NCBI GenBank assembly: GCA_015064745.1
Contig: SVRR01000002.1
Location: 74,454 to 138,453 of the forward strand
Origin: Oscillospiraceae bacterium
GTDB taxonomy: Bacteria; Bacillota; Clostridia; Oscillospirales; CAG-272
DNA: 64,000 nt
Reading direction: 5' to 3'
Shown: piece by piece, positions 17,107-27,187 of the stretch
Numbering within the stretch: the stretch's first letter is position 1
Layout: the number at the start of each line of letters is the position of its first letter
Position numbers and translations under genes: made by a program
The notes under the pieces: model-generated
What the model was told of the DNA's origin: nothing
Seen by the model: only the letters and a program-made list of their open reading frames with translations
Database searches by the model: none

Positions 17107-19089
17107 ATGCCAAAGATCAACCAACTCAGCTTTGACGTTGCCAACCTGATCGCTGCGGGAGAGGTGGTGGAACGCCCTGCCTCGGTGGTCAAGGAACTGC
17201 TTGAAAACGCCATCGATGCCGAAGCCGACGCCATCACCGTTGAGATCGCGAGAGGTGGCGTGACGCTTATTCGCGTGGCGGATAACGGTGTCGGTATGAC
17301 GGCGGAGGATCTTCCGCTTGCCATCAAGCGCCACGCCACGAGCAAAATATCGGGTGCCGACGATCTTGCATCTATCGCTACGCTGGGCTTCCGCGGAGAG
17401 GCGCTTGCCGCCACCGCCGCCGTTTCCACCCTTACCATCATCACCAAAACGAGGGAAGCGGAAACGGGGACCATGCTCTCGTCCGTGGCAGGTGAGATCA
17501 AGGAAATTTGCGAGGTCGGCTGTGCCGACGGCACGACGGTGACGGTCGAGGAGCTTTTCGTTAACGTTCCCGCACGCCGTAAATTCCTTAAAAAGGACGT
17601 GACCGAAACGGCAGCCGTTACTGCCGTCGTGGAGAAGATCGCCGTCTCGCGCCCCGATATCGCCATTCGCTACATCACCGACGGCACGGTGCGCTTTGTT
17701 ACGGCAGGCGACGGCAAGCTTGCCCACACGCTGCACGCGCTCTACGGAAAAGAGCTTTCCTCGCGCTTGCTTCCCATTTCGGGAAGTGTAGGCGAAAATA
17801 CCGTTTCGGGTTTTGTCGGACGTCCCGACAACGCGCGTGCCAACCGCAACATGCAATGCTTTTTTATCAACGGAAGATACGTTAAAAGCAAGACGGTAGG
17901 CGCCGCTGTCGAACGCGCGTTTACCTCGTATATGGCACCCGAGCGTTTTCCCGTCGCTTTTATCTTTTTGGATATGCCTCACTTTTCGGTGGACGTCAAC
18001 GTGCATCCTGCCAAGCTTGAGGTCAAGTTCGAAAATGAAAGAGCCGTTTTTGAGGCGGTGTATTATGCTGTCCGTACGGCACTCGAGGATTCCGTTGCCC
18101 GTCCCACTCTCGGACTTGCGAAGGGAACAAAGGGCGAAAAGAGCTTTTCGCTTGCTCACAGCTTTGAAGCGCCCGAGCGCGCACAGCAGATCAAAATGCC
18201 CGCCCCTCTCGTTCCCGAAAAGCCGAAGGCTGCTACCCCCACCACGCCCGCGCCCGTGACACGAGAGTTTTCACCCGTGACGGTTGCGGCGAGAGATTTT
18301 CCCGTGCCGAAGCCCTCTGTACTCTCTCCCGAAGCCTCTATTGAAATTTGTGAAAGATACGCAGAAGCAAAGCGCGAGGCAGAGGATTATCTTGCTAAGG
18401 CAAAGCAGAAAAAGCCCGCGCCCATCGTTTCGGAAGACGTCAAAGAGCCGTCCGAAATCCCCGAAGCAAGGGTGCCCGCTTCACAACCGAGCGAGGAAGC
18501 CCCGCTTCCCGAATACCGTATTCTCGGTACGGCATTTAAAACTTACGTTTTCGTTGAGCTGAGTGAAGAAAAAATTCTGGTCATTGACCAGCACGCCGCG
18601 CACGAGCGCATCCTCTTCGAGCGCATGAAGAGAGAGCGAAAGGAAAAGGGCATTGTCTCCACCCCCTTGCTTTTGCCCATCTCGGCAGAGCTGACGGCAG
18701 AGGAAGCCGCCTTTGCTGAGGCAGAGACCGGTGCGCTTTCGTCGCTTGGCTTTACCTATACCTTTGCGGAAGGAAAGGCGCATTTGCTCTCTATTCCCGC
18801 CGATACTACGCCGATGGAAGCGAAGGATTTGTTTTTGACCCTCGTTACAGAGGGAGCAAAGGGTGCTTCTCTTGCACTCTCCGAAGAGCTGAGGCGAGAA
18901 AAAATGCTGTATCAGATCGCCTGTAAGGCGGCGATCAAGGGTGGAAGACACTACGACGACGCGCATATCGCGTGGCTCGTAAAAGAGGTGCTCTCACTCC
19001 CCGATGTGACCGTCTGTCCGCACGGAAGACCGATTGCCTTCTATCTCACGAAAAAAGAGCTTGACCGTCAGTTTGACCGCATCAAGTAA
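17107..19089 (+). CDS. mutL: DNA mismatch repair protein MutL
   Basis: GHKL ATPase N-terminus (IAAGEVVERPASVVKELLENAIDA), a long linker, and a C-terminal dimerisation domain containing QHAAHERILFE. Confidence 0.95.
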   Translation: MPKINQLSFDVANLIAAGEVVERPASVVKELLENAIDAEADAITVEIARGGVTLIRVADNGVGMTAEDLPLAIKRHATSKISGADDLASIATLGFRGEALAATAAVSTLTIITKTREAETGTMLSSVAGEIKEICEVGCADGTTVTVEELFVNVPARRKFLKKDVTETAAVTAVVEKIAVSRPDIAIRYITDGTVRFVTAGDGKLAHTLHALYGKELSSRLLPISGSVGENTVSGFVGRPDNARANRNMQCFFINGRYVKSKTVGAAVERAFTSYMAPERFPVAFIFLDMPHFSVDVNVHPAKLEVKFENERAVFEAVYYAVRTALEDSVARPTLGLAKGTKGEKSFSLAHSFEAPERAQQIKMPAPLVPEKPKAATPTTPAPVTREFSPVTVAARDFPVPKPSVLSPEASIEICERYAEAKREAEDYLAKAKQKKPAPIVSEDVKEPSEIPEARVPASQPSEEAPLPEYRILGTAFKTYVFVELSEEKILVIDQHAAHERILFERMKRERKEKGIVSTPLLLPISAELTAEEAAFAEAETGALSSLGFTYTFAEGKAHLLSIPADTTPMEAKDLFLTLVTEGAKGASLALSEELRREKMLYQIACKAAIKGGRHYDDAHIAWLVKEVLSLPDVTVCPHGRPIAFYLTKKELDRQFDRIK

Positions 19090-19103
19090 GAAAGGATATT
19101 ACC

Positions 19104-20240
19104 TTGTTTGAACTGTTAAAAACCGAAGGAAAGGCACGAAGAGGCCGCTTCCATACCGTACACGGCGTCATTGAGACCCCCGTTTTCATGAACGTTGGCA
19201 CGAGTGCCGCTGTCAAGGGCGGCATCTCCACGAAGGATCTCGAAGAGATCGGCTGTCAAGTGGAGCTTTCCAACACCTATCACCTGCATATCCGTCCCGG
19301 CGACGAGCTGATCTACCGCATGGGCGGCTTGCATAAGTTTTTTAATTGGCAGAAGCCGATCCTCACCGACAGCGGCGGATTTCAGGTCTTCTCGCTTGCC
19401 AAGCTTCGCCGCATCAAGGAGGAGGGTGTCTACTTCCAGTCTCACATGGACGGCAAAAGGATCTTTATGGGTCCGGAAGAATCCATGCGCATCCAGTCGA
19501 ATATCGCCTCCACCATCGCGATGGCGTTCGATGAATGCGTGGAAAATCCCGCAACCTACAAATATGCGAAAAACTCGCATGAGCGCACCGTGCGCTGGCT
19601 ACTTCGCTCTAAAGCGGAGCTTGACCGCTTAAACAGCCTGCCCGAGACCATCAATAAGAAGCAGATGCTCTTCGGCATCAACCAAGGCTCGACCTTTGAT
19701 GACTTGCGTATTGAAAATATGCAGCGCATCACCGAGGTCCCTCTTGACGGCTATGCCATCGGCGGTCTTGCCGTAGGCGAGGATGCGGACGTGATGTACC
19801 ACATCATCGAAACGGTAGAGCCCTATATGCCGACGGACAAGCCACGCTACCTTATGGGCGTCGGCACGCCGCAGAACATTTTGGAAGCGGTCGCCAGAGG
19901 CGTCGATTTCTTTGACTGTGTCATGCCCTCGCGCAACGCGCGTCACGGCAATCTCTTTACCTGGCATGGCAAAATGAATATCAACAACGAGCAGTATTTT
20001 GCCGACCCCAAGCCCATTGACGAGAATTGTGGCTGCCCCGCCTGCCGCAATTACAGCCGTTCCTATATCCGCCATCTCTTCAAGGCGAGAGAGGCGCTCG
20101 GTATGCGCCTTTGCGTGCTTCATAACCTTTATTTTTACAACGAGCTGATGGCGCGCATCCGCGCGTCTCTTGACGCGGGCTGCTTCGGCGGCTTTTACCG
20201 CGCCAACGTTAATAAGCTGGCAGAGCGAAGCGAGGATTAA
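19104..20240 (+). CDS. tgt: queuine tRNA-ribosyltransferase
   Basis: TTG start with a GAAAGGA RBS. ARRGRFHTVHGVIETPVFMNVGT, DSGGFQ, and zinc site CGCPACRNYSRSYIRHL. Confidence 0.95.
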   Translation: MFELLKTEGKARRGRFHTVHGVIETPVFMNVGTSAAVKGGISTKDLEEIGCQVELSNTYHLHIRPGDELIYRMGGLHKFFNWQKPILTDSGGFQVFSLAKLRRIKEEGVYFQSHMDGKRIFMGPEESMRIQSNIASTIAMAFDECVENPATYKYAKNSHERTVRWLLRSKAELDRLNSLPETINKKQMLFGINQGSTFDDLRIENMQRITEVPLDGYAIGGLAVGEDADVMYHIIETVEPYMPTDKPRYLMGVGTPQNILEAVARGVDFFDCVMPSRNARHGNLFTWHGKMNINNEQYFADPKPIDENCGCPACRNYSRSYIRHLFKAREALGMRLCVLHNLYFYNELMARIRASLDAGCFGGFYRANVNKLAERSED

Positions 20241-20242
20241 AG

Positions 20243-21352
20243 ATGCGTATCGCGAAAAACACCGAGATCACCCTCACAGAATGCCCCTCTTCGCGTTTCC
20301 TTCTCGTAATCGACGTAATGGATGGGGACGTGCTGTTAAAGAAGGCGGAGGACACCCTTATTCATATCCGTCTTAAGGGGGACGATGTCCACGCCACCCT
20401 TTCTTATCCCGACGGACGGACGAAAACGCTCTTCGGTGAAGCCGCGCGCGGCAAGGAGGTCATTTTAACATCGGGCTACGCCCGCATGGGACTTTACGTT
20501 GGCGGTGTGCTCTTTGACGAGGATTTCTTCTACACCCCCCTGGAATATCGGGACGCTACGGTAAAGGCAGGCTCCTTTATGCACTTTGAAGCAGGGTATG
20601 AGTACCATTCCGCTGGGGAGAGTGCTATCGTGGAGGGGCTGACAAGCACACTTGACGGCTATGCATTAGAAGGATACGCGCATGCCGTTCACCGCCCTCT
20701 TCCCACCGTCATAGGGGAAAGACTTCATCTTTTGTATCTTTCGGGACGCACCCACGCCGAAGCAGGGAAGGATAAAACCGCGCATAAGCTTTGCGCCATG
20801 TTTTCGGACGACGGGGAAGCCTTCCACGGCGCGCCCATCGCGCTCGGCATCGACAACGTGCGTGAATGTGATATTCTTGACGCCGCGCTTCTCAAAAAGG
20901 ACGGCAGATATTACCTCTACTATATCGTAGAATACGCGTCGTACCGCACACTCAGCTGCGCCGTGTCCGAGGACGGCTTTTCTTATCAAAAGACGGGGCT
21001 TGACGTGGAGATCCCCTATGTGAAAAACGCCGATATCACCTCCGTTTCGGTAGCGGACGGCCCTACACCGCGCCTCTATTTTGTCGCGGACGGCAACGCC
21101 TTCTTTGCCGAGAGCATCGACCTTTTGCGTTTTGCTCCCCCCACCCCCCTTGCGCTTCCCACCGTCGACAAGGTGATCCCGATGCAAAACGGCGACGTCT
21201 ACGCCCAAAGAGAAGAGAAGCTTTACCGCGTCCTTGACGGTGTGCTCACGCCCGTAGAAAACGCTCCCCATCTTGCATACCCTGTGTTCCATCACGGTGC
21301 GCTTTCCTTTATCGGCATCCGTGACGGTGCCTTCTCCTACCAAAAAGGATGA
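20243..21352 (+). CDS. hypothetical protein (C-terminal half resembles a beta-propeller / GH43-like fold)
   Basis: 369-aa ORF starting 2 nt after tgt with a GAGGA RBS. Segments such as DGRYYLYYIVEY and RLYFVADGNAFFAE resemble propeller blades. No catalytic motif recognised. Confidence 0.7.
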   Translation: MRIAKNTEITLTECPSSRFLLVIDVMDGDVLLKKAEDTLIHIRLKGDDVHATLSYPDGRTKTLFGEAARGKEVILTSGYARMGLYVGGVLFDEDFFYTPLEYRDATVKAGSFMHFEAGYEYHSAGESAIVEGLTSTLDGYALEGYAHAVHRPLPTVIGERLHLLYLSGRTHAEAGKDKTAHKLCAMFSDDGEAFHGAPIALGIDNVRECDILDAALLKKDGRYYLYYIVEYASYRTLSCAVSEDGFSYQKTGLDVEIPYVKNADITSVSVADGPTPRLYFVADGNAFFAESIDLLRFAPPTPLALPTVDKVIPMQNGDVYAQREEKLYRVLDGVLTPVENAPHLAYPVFHHGALSFIGIRDGAFSYQKG

Positions 21353-21355
21353 TCG

Positions 21356-21398
21356 TAAAAAAAGCTCTCGCGGCAAAATACCGCGAGAGCTTTTCGTT
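21356..21398. terminator. bidirectional rho-independent terminator between convergent genes
   Basis: AGCTCTCGCGG-caaaata-CCGCGAGAGCT (11-bp stem, 21363-21391), flanked by an A-run and a T-run. Confidence 0.7.
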
Positions 21399-22549
21399 TA
21401 ATTTGAATATTCCACATGCAAAACAGTGCCGTTCTTCTCGTTTTTCGCCGTGGTGTTGCCCATACCGAGATAGAAGTCTTCCCCGTCCACGGCAAGGCTT
21501 ACGGGCGGAACGTCATAAAGAAAGTTAAAAAGCTCAACGAAGGGCATATCGTCTTCTCCCCAAAGCTGCCAAACAGAGGTTTTAAACCTTCCGTCCTTTT
21601 CCTTGGCGGCAGTCAGAAAATAAAGCTTTCCATCGTCCTCGTAAAGGTCACAAACGAGGCTTGCTCCCGGCAGCGTTAATTCGGTAACGCCGAGCTCTCG
21701 GTTCATGGCATACAGCCTTCCCGTTACCAAAAACAATGTGTCGTCATGAACAGCATTGCTTGTGATACGCATATGGTTATATTTGATGCGAAGGACAGTT
21801 TCCGAGAGGTCGGACGCGAAAACGAAAAGATTTCGCTCCCCGTCGTATCGGTAAAGCTCGTAGGCAGGCGCGTCGTTCCCAAGCGAGAGGGTAGCGTACA
21901 GCGCGCCGTCAAACACAAAAAGATCGTAAGTGCGGACAAGCGTGTGTCCCACAGTATCGACTGCTTTACCGTCTTTTTCAAACGCGACCTCCCCAAAGCT
22001 CTCGCCTCCGTCGGTCGACCGTACCACGGGATAACCCCCGGGCGCAACGCCGAGTCCCGCGAAAAGCGCCCCCTCAAAGGAAAGAAAGTCGAAGTTGTGG
22101 ATGCCGTTCGGCAAGGTGCGATGCCTGACCCACACGCCCTCTTCGAGCGTGTAGTAATTGCCAAAGCTCCAATCCTCCTTGGGGTCAACACCTACCGTTA
22201 AGAGCGTGCCGTCGAGCAAAAGAAAACGGTTGATCTCTTCTTCGGGGAGCGTGCCGCTTTCCGAAAAGCCTTCCTTTTGTGTATCGTAGCAGTAAACCGT
22301 CACAGGTCCCGCGTTTTTATCAAAGTCACCGCCGCCGAGATACAGCTTGCTTTCATATACGATCATATCCCACGGACAGCGGGCGGCGTCACCCTTGGGA
22401 TAGCTTTCTTCCGAGGGAATGCCGAGCTCCGTAAAGGAAATGTGATGAACCGTTTCGGGCGGCTTTTTCGCGCAGGAGAAAAAGCAAAAAAGAAGGATGA
22501 TCAAGAGCGCGAGTAAAAGCACTCGTCGAAAACAGATGCGTTTTTTCAA
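21398..22549 (-). CDS. hypothetical secreted or lipid-anchored beta-propeller-like protein
   Basis: TTG start with an AAGGAG RBS. Hydrophobic leader MKKRICFRRVLLLALLIILLFCFFSC. Repeated blade-like segments (DGKLYFLTAA, DGALYATLSLG, DDTLFLVTGRLY). Confidence 0.75.
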   Translation of the reverse strand: MKKRICFRRVLLLALLIILLFCFFSCAKKPPETVHHISFTELGIPSEESYPKGDAARCPWDMIVYESKLYLGGGDFDKNAGPVTVYCYDTQKEGFSESGTLPEEEINRFLLLDGTLLTVGVDPKEDWSFGNYYTLEEGVWVRHRTLPNGIHNFDFLSFEGALFAGLGVAPGGYPVVRSTDGGESFGEVAFEKDGKAVDTVGHTLVRTYDLFVFDGALYATLSLGNDAPAYELYRYDGERNLFVFASDLSETVLRIKYNHMRITSNAVHDDTLFLVTGRLYAMNRELGVTELTLPGASLVCDLYEDDGKLYFLTAAKEKDGRFKTSVWQLWGEDDMPFVELFNFLYDVPPVSLAVDGEDFYLGMGNTTAKNEKNGTVLHVEYSN

Positions 22550-22580
22550 TGTAGACTCCTTGGGGTTGTTTGCGAGAAGA

Positions 22581-23327
22581 TTAGTTTTCTATGTCCTTAT
22601 ATCCGAGTGCGTTTAAAAACACTGCCTTTGCATTTGCGTGTTGCTTTTTCAAGCGCGAGGCGTTGAGCAGATGATATGCGGGCTTCCTTAGACAAAGAAT
22701 GGTGTCCCGAGGGAGAGTGGACAGTCCGGGAAGCTCTCCGAGCGGGGTTTTCGAAAGCAGAACGGCGTAATGGTTTACAGAACCGCTTTCCCCCTTTAAG
22801 TAAACCGATTCGTCAAGCTCAGGAAACAGCTCGTCGATCCGCATAAAGCCGCCTTCCTTATGTACCTGATAAAAGAGATAGGGGGAAACGAGGCAAATAG
22901 AGAGGTTTCCCGCTTGGATCTCGTCGTGATACGCCTTTTCGTTGGTCAAGGAATTGTTTGCAAGGTGCGCGACGTTTGCCCCCTCCGCCTTTTCGCCCGC
23001 GTTTTCGTAATAAGTCTCGTCGACCCAATAGGCAACGAGGCGCGCGACGGTCTTGCCGTCTCCGTTTTCATCGGTAGCAAATCCCGCGAAGGCGTTTTGA
23101 ATGTCAAGAACCGTCTGCCTATCGTTGAGGTTTTTCGGACCTGCGTACATAATTTCCACGTCGTACGGTTCTTTCGAGCAGGTTTGCAAGGAGCAAACAA
23201 GGATAACGACAGCGAGGAAGGCAGCTATGATCGTATGCCACTTGTAGTGATAAAAAAAGTTATCTAATTTTTTTAAGAAGGGGGAGCGCAAGGAAATGTC
23301 GCCCGCCTTTTGCTTTTCGTCGTTCAT
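22581..23327 (-). CDS. hypothetical membrane-anchored protein
   Basis: Start at MNDEKQK (ATG 23327), downstream of a TTGACA-17-TATGAT promoter. Single TM helix (WHTIIAAFLAVVILVCSL), then a soluble domain of about 190 aa. Confidence 0.65.
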   Translation of the reverse strand: MNDEKQKAGDISLRSPFLKKLDNFFYHYKWHTIIAAFLAVVILVCSLQTCSKEPYDVEIMYAGPKNLNDRQTVLDIQNAFAGFATDENGDGKTVARLVAYWVDETYYENAGEKAEGANVAHLANNSLTNEKAYHDEIQAGNLSICLVSPYLFYQVHKEGGFMRIDELFPELDESVYLKGESGSVNHYAVLLSKTPLGELPGLSTLPRDTILCLRKPAYHLLNASRLKKQHANAKAVFLNALGYKDIEN

Positions 23328-23360
23328 TTTAGCATCCTTTACATTGATCTTTACACTACT

Positions 23361-23389
23361 ATCATAGCATTTTTGGCGTCTTCTGTCAA
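23361..23389 (-). promoter_or_regulatory. sigma-A type promoter (TTGACA-17-TATGAT)
   Basis: The minus strand has TTGACA (23389-23384), a 17-nt spacer and TATGAT (23366-23361), just after the PPTase terminator. Confidence 0.5.
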
Positions 23390-23392
23390 GGG

Positions 23393-23428
23393 AAAAAAGA
23401 GGAAAACCGCGTATTCTCGCGGTTTTCC
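23393..23428 (-). terminator. rho-independent terminator after the PPTase gene
   Basis: The minus strand reads GGAAAACCGCG-agaata-CGCGGTTTTCC followed by TCTTTTTT. Confidence 0.7.
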
Positions 23429-23437
23429 AAAAGAACA

Positions 23438-24031
23438 TCAGTAATAGATAGTAACGAGATATTCGTTGTCGATCAAATGACGCTCGAAGGGGTAAAGTGT
23501 CGTGTTCACGGTGCGCAGATGCGAAAGCCCCTCGCCCAGCCGCTTTAAATACGCTTCCTTTGCCGTCCAGATCTCGAAAAATCGCATACGGATATCGGTG
23601 CTTGCCATATGCTCAAAGTCAACGTCCTTCGGCTCATGCCCGAACACGTAAAAATTCTCGTCGTCGCAAAAATATTTCTTGGCAAGACGGGGAGAGACCT
23701 CGCGGATATGCTCCACGTCAATACCTACGGGTCCTTCGTGAATGGCAACCGTTACAATGTCGTCCGAGTGGCTGATGCTGAACTCGTAACCGCCGCCGGC
23801 AACGGACGGTTTTCCGTTATCGGCGTAAACAAACCGCACAGCTTCGGGAGTGCATCTCATGGCTTCGCCAAGCATGCGCCTTGCCAAGGCGTCTGCCGCT
23901 ACACTGCGGAGGCGGTCCTTTCTTTGACGTGTGCGCTCAATGCGCGCTCGTTTGACGTCGTCTAAATTTTGATAAGCGGCAAGATATTCGCTGTTCGTAT
24001 ACGTGCGAATATCTAAGCATTTCCAGATCAT
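23438..24031 (-). CDS. 4'-phosphopantetheinyl transferase (Sfp type)
   Basis: Start at MIWKCLD. PPTase motifs FSISHSDD, GIDVEHI and WTAKEAYLKRLG. Confidence 0.85.
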   Translation of the reverse strand: MIWKCLDIRTYTNSEYLAAYQNLDDVKRARIERTRQRKDRLRSVAADALARRMLGEAMRCTPEAVRFVYADNGKPSVAGGGYEFSISHSDDIVTVAIHEGPVGIDVEHIREVSPRLAKKYFCDDENFYVFGHEPKDVDFEHMASTDIRMRFFEIWTAKEAYLKRLGEGLSHLRTVNTTLYPFERHLIDNEYLVTIYY

Positions 24032-24157
24032 GGCGCGCTCCTTTCGTTGCTCTTGCTTATAGTGTAGCAAAAATTTTTTCGTTTGTAAAGGGGTTTTGTT
24101 ATTTTTTACTAAAAATAATAAAAATTATTCTAAAAAATAGGCTATTTCGCCACCTTT

Positions 24158-24192
24158 CAAAAAAACAAAACGCCGATGCAAGATGCATCGGC
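24158..24192 (-). terminator. rho-independent terminator ending the uxaC-eda-kdgK unit
   Basis: GCCGATGCA-aga-TGCATCGGC (24172-24192), followed on the minus strand by GTTTTGTTTTTTT. Confidence 0.75.
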
Positions 24193-24209
24193 ATTTTGAA
24201 TGCTTGCCT

Positions 24210-25232
24210 TTATCTTTGAACTCTGCCCGAGCCGTCGCCGCCCGCGAGCTTTTCCACCTCGCTGACGGAAACGCGGTTATAGTCGCCCTCTACCGAGTGC
24301 TTGAGTGCGGATGCCGCCACGGCAAACTCAATGGCGCTCTGCGTATCCTTGCCCGAAAGGAGCGAGTAGATCAGACCGCCGCCGAAGCTGTCTCCGCCGC
24401 CGACACGGTCAACGATATGCAGATGATAGCTCTTGGAGAAGCAGTAGTTCTCGCCGTCATAGAGCATGCCCGCCCAATCGTTATCGCTTGCGGAGATGGA
24501 GGAACGAAGGGTGATGGCAACCTTCTCGAAGCCAAACTTATCAGCAAGCTGCTTCGCGACCGACTTGTAGCCCTCGTGATTGAGCTTGCCGCCGTAGATG
24601 TCGGTGCCCTCAGCCTCAATGCCGAAGACGTCCTTTGCGTCCTCCTCGTTGGAGATGCAAACGTCTACGTACTCGCAAAGCTTGGTCATGGCTTCTCTTG
24701 CCTCGGCTCTCGTCCAAAGCTTGCCGCGGTAGTTTAAGTCGCAGGAGATCTTCACGCCCTTTGCCTTGGCGGCACGGCAGGCTGCAAGGCAGATCTCAAC
24801 GAGATTACCGCCGAGCGCGGGGGTGATGCCCGTAAAGTGGAACCAATCCGCACCCTCGAAAATAGCATCCCAATCAAAATCCTCGGGCTTTGCTTCCGCG
24901 ATCGCGGAATGCGCGCGGTCGTAAATACAGACCGAGCCGCGCTGAGATGCGCCCTTTTCAAGATAGTAGATGCCGACACGGTCGCCGCCGCGTACCACCT
25001 TCGACGTATCAACGCCGAAATAGCGGAGCGAGCTTACGGCAGCCTCGCCGATAGCATGCTTGGGGAGCTTAGTTACGTAAACGCTTTCAAGCCCATAGTT
25101 GGCAAGCGAGACGGCAACGTTGGCTTCACCGCCGCCGAAGGTTGCCTGCATCTGATCGTTCTGGAAGAAACGGTAATAGCCGTTGGGTGCGAGTCTGAGC
25201 ATCAGCTCGCCGAATGTAACTACTTTTTTCAT
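24210..25232 (-). CDS. kdgK: 2-dehydro-3-deoxygluconokinase (PfkB family)
   Basis: MKKVVTFGELMLRLAP...FGGGEANVAVSLA and the C-terminal GGGDSFGGGLIYSL motif. Adjacent to eda and uxaC. Confidence 0.9.
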   Translation of the reverse strand: MKKVVTFGELMLRLAPNGYYRFFQNDQMQATFGGGEANVAVSLANYGLESVYVTKLPKHAIGEAAVSSLRYFGVDTSKVVRGGDRVGIYYLEKGASQRGSVCIYDRAHSAIAEAKPEDFDWDAIFEGADWFHFTGITPALGGNLVEICLAACRAAKAKGVKISCDLNYRGKLWTRAEAREAMTKLCEYVDVCISNEEDAKDVFGIEAEGTDIYGGKLNHEGYKSVAKQLADKFGFEKVAITLRSSISASDNDWAGMLYDGENYCFSKSYHLHIVDRVGGGDSFGGGLIYSLLSGKDTQSAIEFAVAASALKHSVEGDYNRVSVSEVEKLAGGDGSGRVQR

Positions 25233-25786
25233 TGTTCTGCCTCCATTTTTTCAAGCGCTTCCTTGACGAAGAAGCTGCCGCCGATGGCGGCAATCTTGTC
25301 AAAGGCTAAGAATTCATCGATGTTGCTTCTGTCTACACCGCCCGTCGGGATGAACTTCACCTGCGGGAAGGGTGCGGAAAGAGCTTTGAGAGCCTTCAAA
25401 CCGCCGTAAACGTTGGCAGGGAAGAACTTAACGGTGGTAATGCCAAGCTCAAGCGCCGCCATGATCTCGGTGGGGGTCACACAGCCGGGATAGTAGGGAA
25501 TGTTCTTCTTCGCGCAGATCTTTGCCACGCCTTCGGAAAGACCGGGGGAGACAATAAAGGTCGCGCCGGCCGCAAGTGCTTCCTTACACTGCTTTGCGTT
25601 GATGACGGTGCCTGCGCCGATCGCCATATCGGGGTAGTTCTTGACGGCGTAAGCGATCGCCTCAGCCGCGCACGCGGTGCGGAAGGTGATCTCCGCGGTC
25701 TTGATGCCGCTGTTTTTCAGGGCAGTCAGAATTTTGTCGGTCTCGGAAAGCTCCTTGATGACGACAACGGGGACAAATTTTTCCAT
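25229..25786 (-). CDS. eda: KDPG / KHG aldolase
   Basis: IKTAEITFRT, IGAGTV, FIVSPG, KFFPA and IPTGGV: class I Eda aldolase pattern. AAAGGAGAGG RBS. Confidence 0.9.
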   Translation of the reverse strand: MEKFVPVVVIKELSETDKILTALKNSGIKTAEITFRTACAAEAIAYAVKNYPDMAIGAGTVINAKQCKEALAAGATFIVSPGLSEGVAKICAKKNIPYYPGCVTPTEIMAALELGITTVKFFPANVYGGLKALKALSAPFPQVKFIPTGGVDRSNIDEFLAFDKIAAIGGSFFVKEALEKMEAEQ

Positions 25787-25807
25787 GATATTCCTCTCCT
25801 TTAAAGA

Positions 25808-27166
25808 TTAGAAATTGAAATACGATTTTGCGTTGTAGTAAGCGATACCCGAAACGATCTTTTCCAGCGTCTTCATATCGCGCGGATATTCGCCGTCCTC
25901 CACCCAAGTGCCGATAAGGTTGCACATGATGCGGCGGAAATATTCGTGGCGGGGATAGGAAACGAAGCTGCGGCTGTCGGTCAGCATGCCGACGAAGCGG
26001 GAGATCATACCGAGACTCGCAAGTGCCTTCATCTGCTCTACCATACCGTCTCTTTGGTCGTTAAACCACCAGCCCGAGCCGAATTGGATACGGCCTGCGG
26101 AGGGAGCCTTTTGGAAGTTGCCGAGCATTGCACCCAGCACGTAGTTATCCTTGGGATTGAGGGTGTAGAGAATAGTCTTGGGAAGCGCGTCCGCATATTC
26201 AAGATGGTCGAGGAAGCGGGAAAGCGGCTCGGCGATCGAGAGGTCGTTGATGGAGTCGAAGCCCGTATCGGGACCTAACTTCTCAAACATTTTCTTGTTG
26301 TTGTTGCGCATCGCGCCGATGTGCAGCTGCATGGTCCAACCGAGTCGCGTGTATTCCTTCGCGCAAACCGCAAGAAGCGCCGTCTTAAAGACGTCAATTT
26401 CTGTTTGGGTAAGTACGCCGCCGTTCATCTTCTTTTCAAACACGGCAGAAGCGTCGCCGATGGCGTAGGGAATATACTCCATCGCATGGTCGGAAAGACG
26501 GCAGCCCATCGCGTCAAAGAAGGCGATGCGGGAAACGATCCAAGCGGCAAGCTCGTCATAGCTTTTGACACCGATAGACTCAATATAGGGGATAAAGGTG
26601 TCCTTTCCGATGTCGGTCGCCTTGTCGGGACGGAAGGTGGGAAGCACCTTGGTAGAGAAGTCTTTCAGCGCCGCGTGATGCTCCAAGGAGTCGGCGGGGT
26701 CGTCCGTCGTGCAGATGACCTCTACGTTTGAGCGCTTGATGAGATTTTGCGCGCTGAATTCGGGCGAAGCAAGCTTCTCGTTGCAGATGTCGTAGACCTT
26801 TTTCGCGTTGTCAGCGGTGAGGGGCTCGTCAACGTCAAAGTATCTCTTTAATTCAAGGTGAGTCCAGTGGTAGATGGGATTGCCGATCAGCATAGGCACG
26901 GTTTTCGCAAACGCTTCAAACTTCGCGTAATCGTCCGCGTCGCCCGTGATGAACGCTTCGTCCACGCCGTTTGTGCGCAACTGACGCCATTTGTAATGGT
27001 CGCCGCCGAGGAAAAGCTCGGTTGCATTCTTGAAACGGTGGTCGCGTGCGATCATTTCGGGTGAGAGATGACAGTGATAGTCAATGATGGGAAGATCCTT
27101 TACCGCCTCGTAAAGAGCGAGGGCAGTATCGTTTTTCAACATAAAACGTTCGTTGATGATACCCAT
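25808..27166 (-). CDS. uxaC: glucuronate isomerase
   Basis: LPIIDYHCHLSPEMIA...GDHYKWRQLRTNGV...NPIYHWTHLELKRYF: UxaC N-terminal signature. Confidence 0.93.
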   Translation of the reverse strand: MGIINERFMLKNDTALALYEAVKDLPIIDYHCHLSPEMIARDHRFKNATELFLGGDHYKWRQLRTNGVDEAFITGDADDYAKFEAFAKTVPMLIGNPIYHWTHLELKRYFDVDEPLTADNAKKVYDICNEKLASPEFSAQNLIKRSNVEVICTTDDPADSLEHHAALKDFSTKVLPTFRPDKATDIGKDTFIPYIESIGVKSYDELAAWIVSRIAFFDAMGCRLSDHAMEYIPYAIGDASAVFEKKMNGGVLTQTEIDVFKTALLAVCAKEYTRLGWTMQLHIGAMRNNNKKMFEKLGPDTGFDSINDLSIAEPLSRFLDHLEYADALPKTILYTLNPKDNYVLGAMLGNFQKAPSAGRIQFGSGWWFNDQRDGMVEQMKALASLGMISRFVGMLTDSRSFVSYPRHEYFRRIMCNLIGTWVEDGEYPRDMKTLEKIVSGIAYYNAKSYFNF

Positions 27167-27187
27167 AACGTCCTCCGTAATATATAT

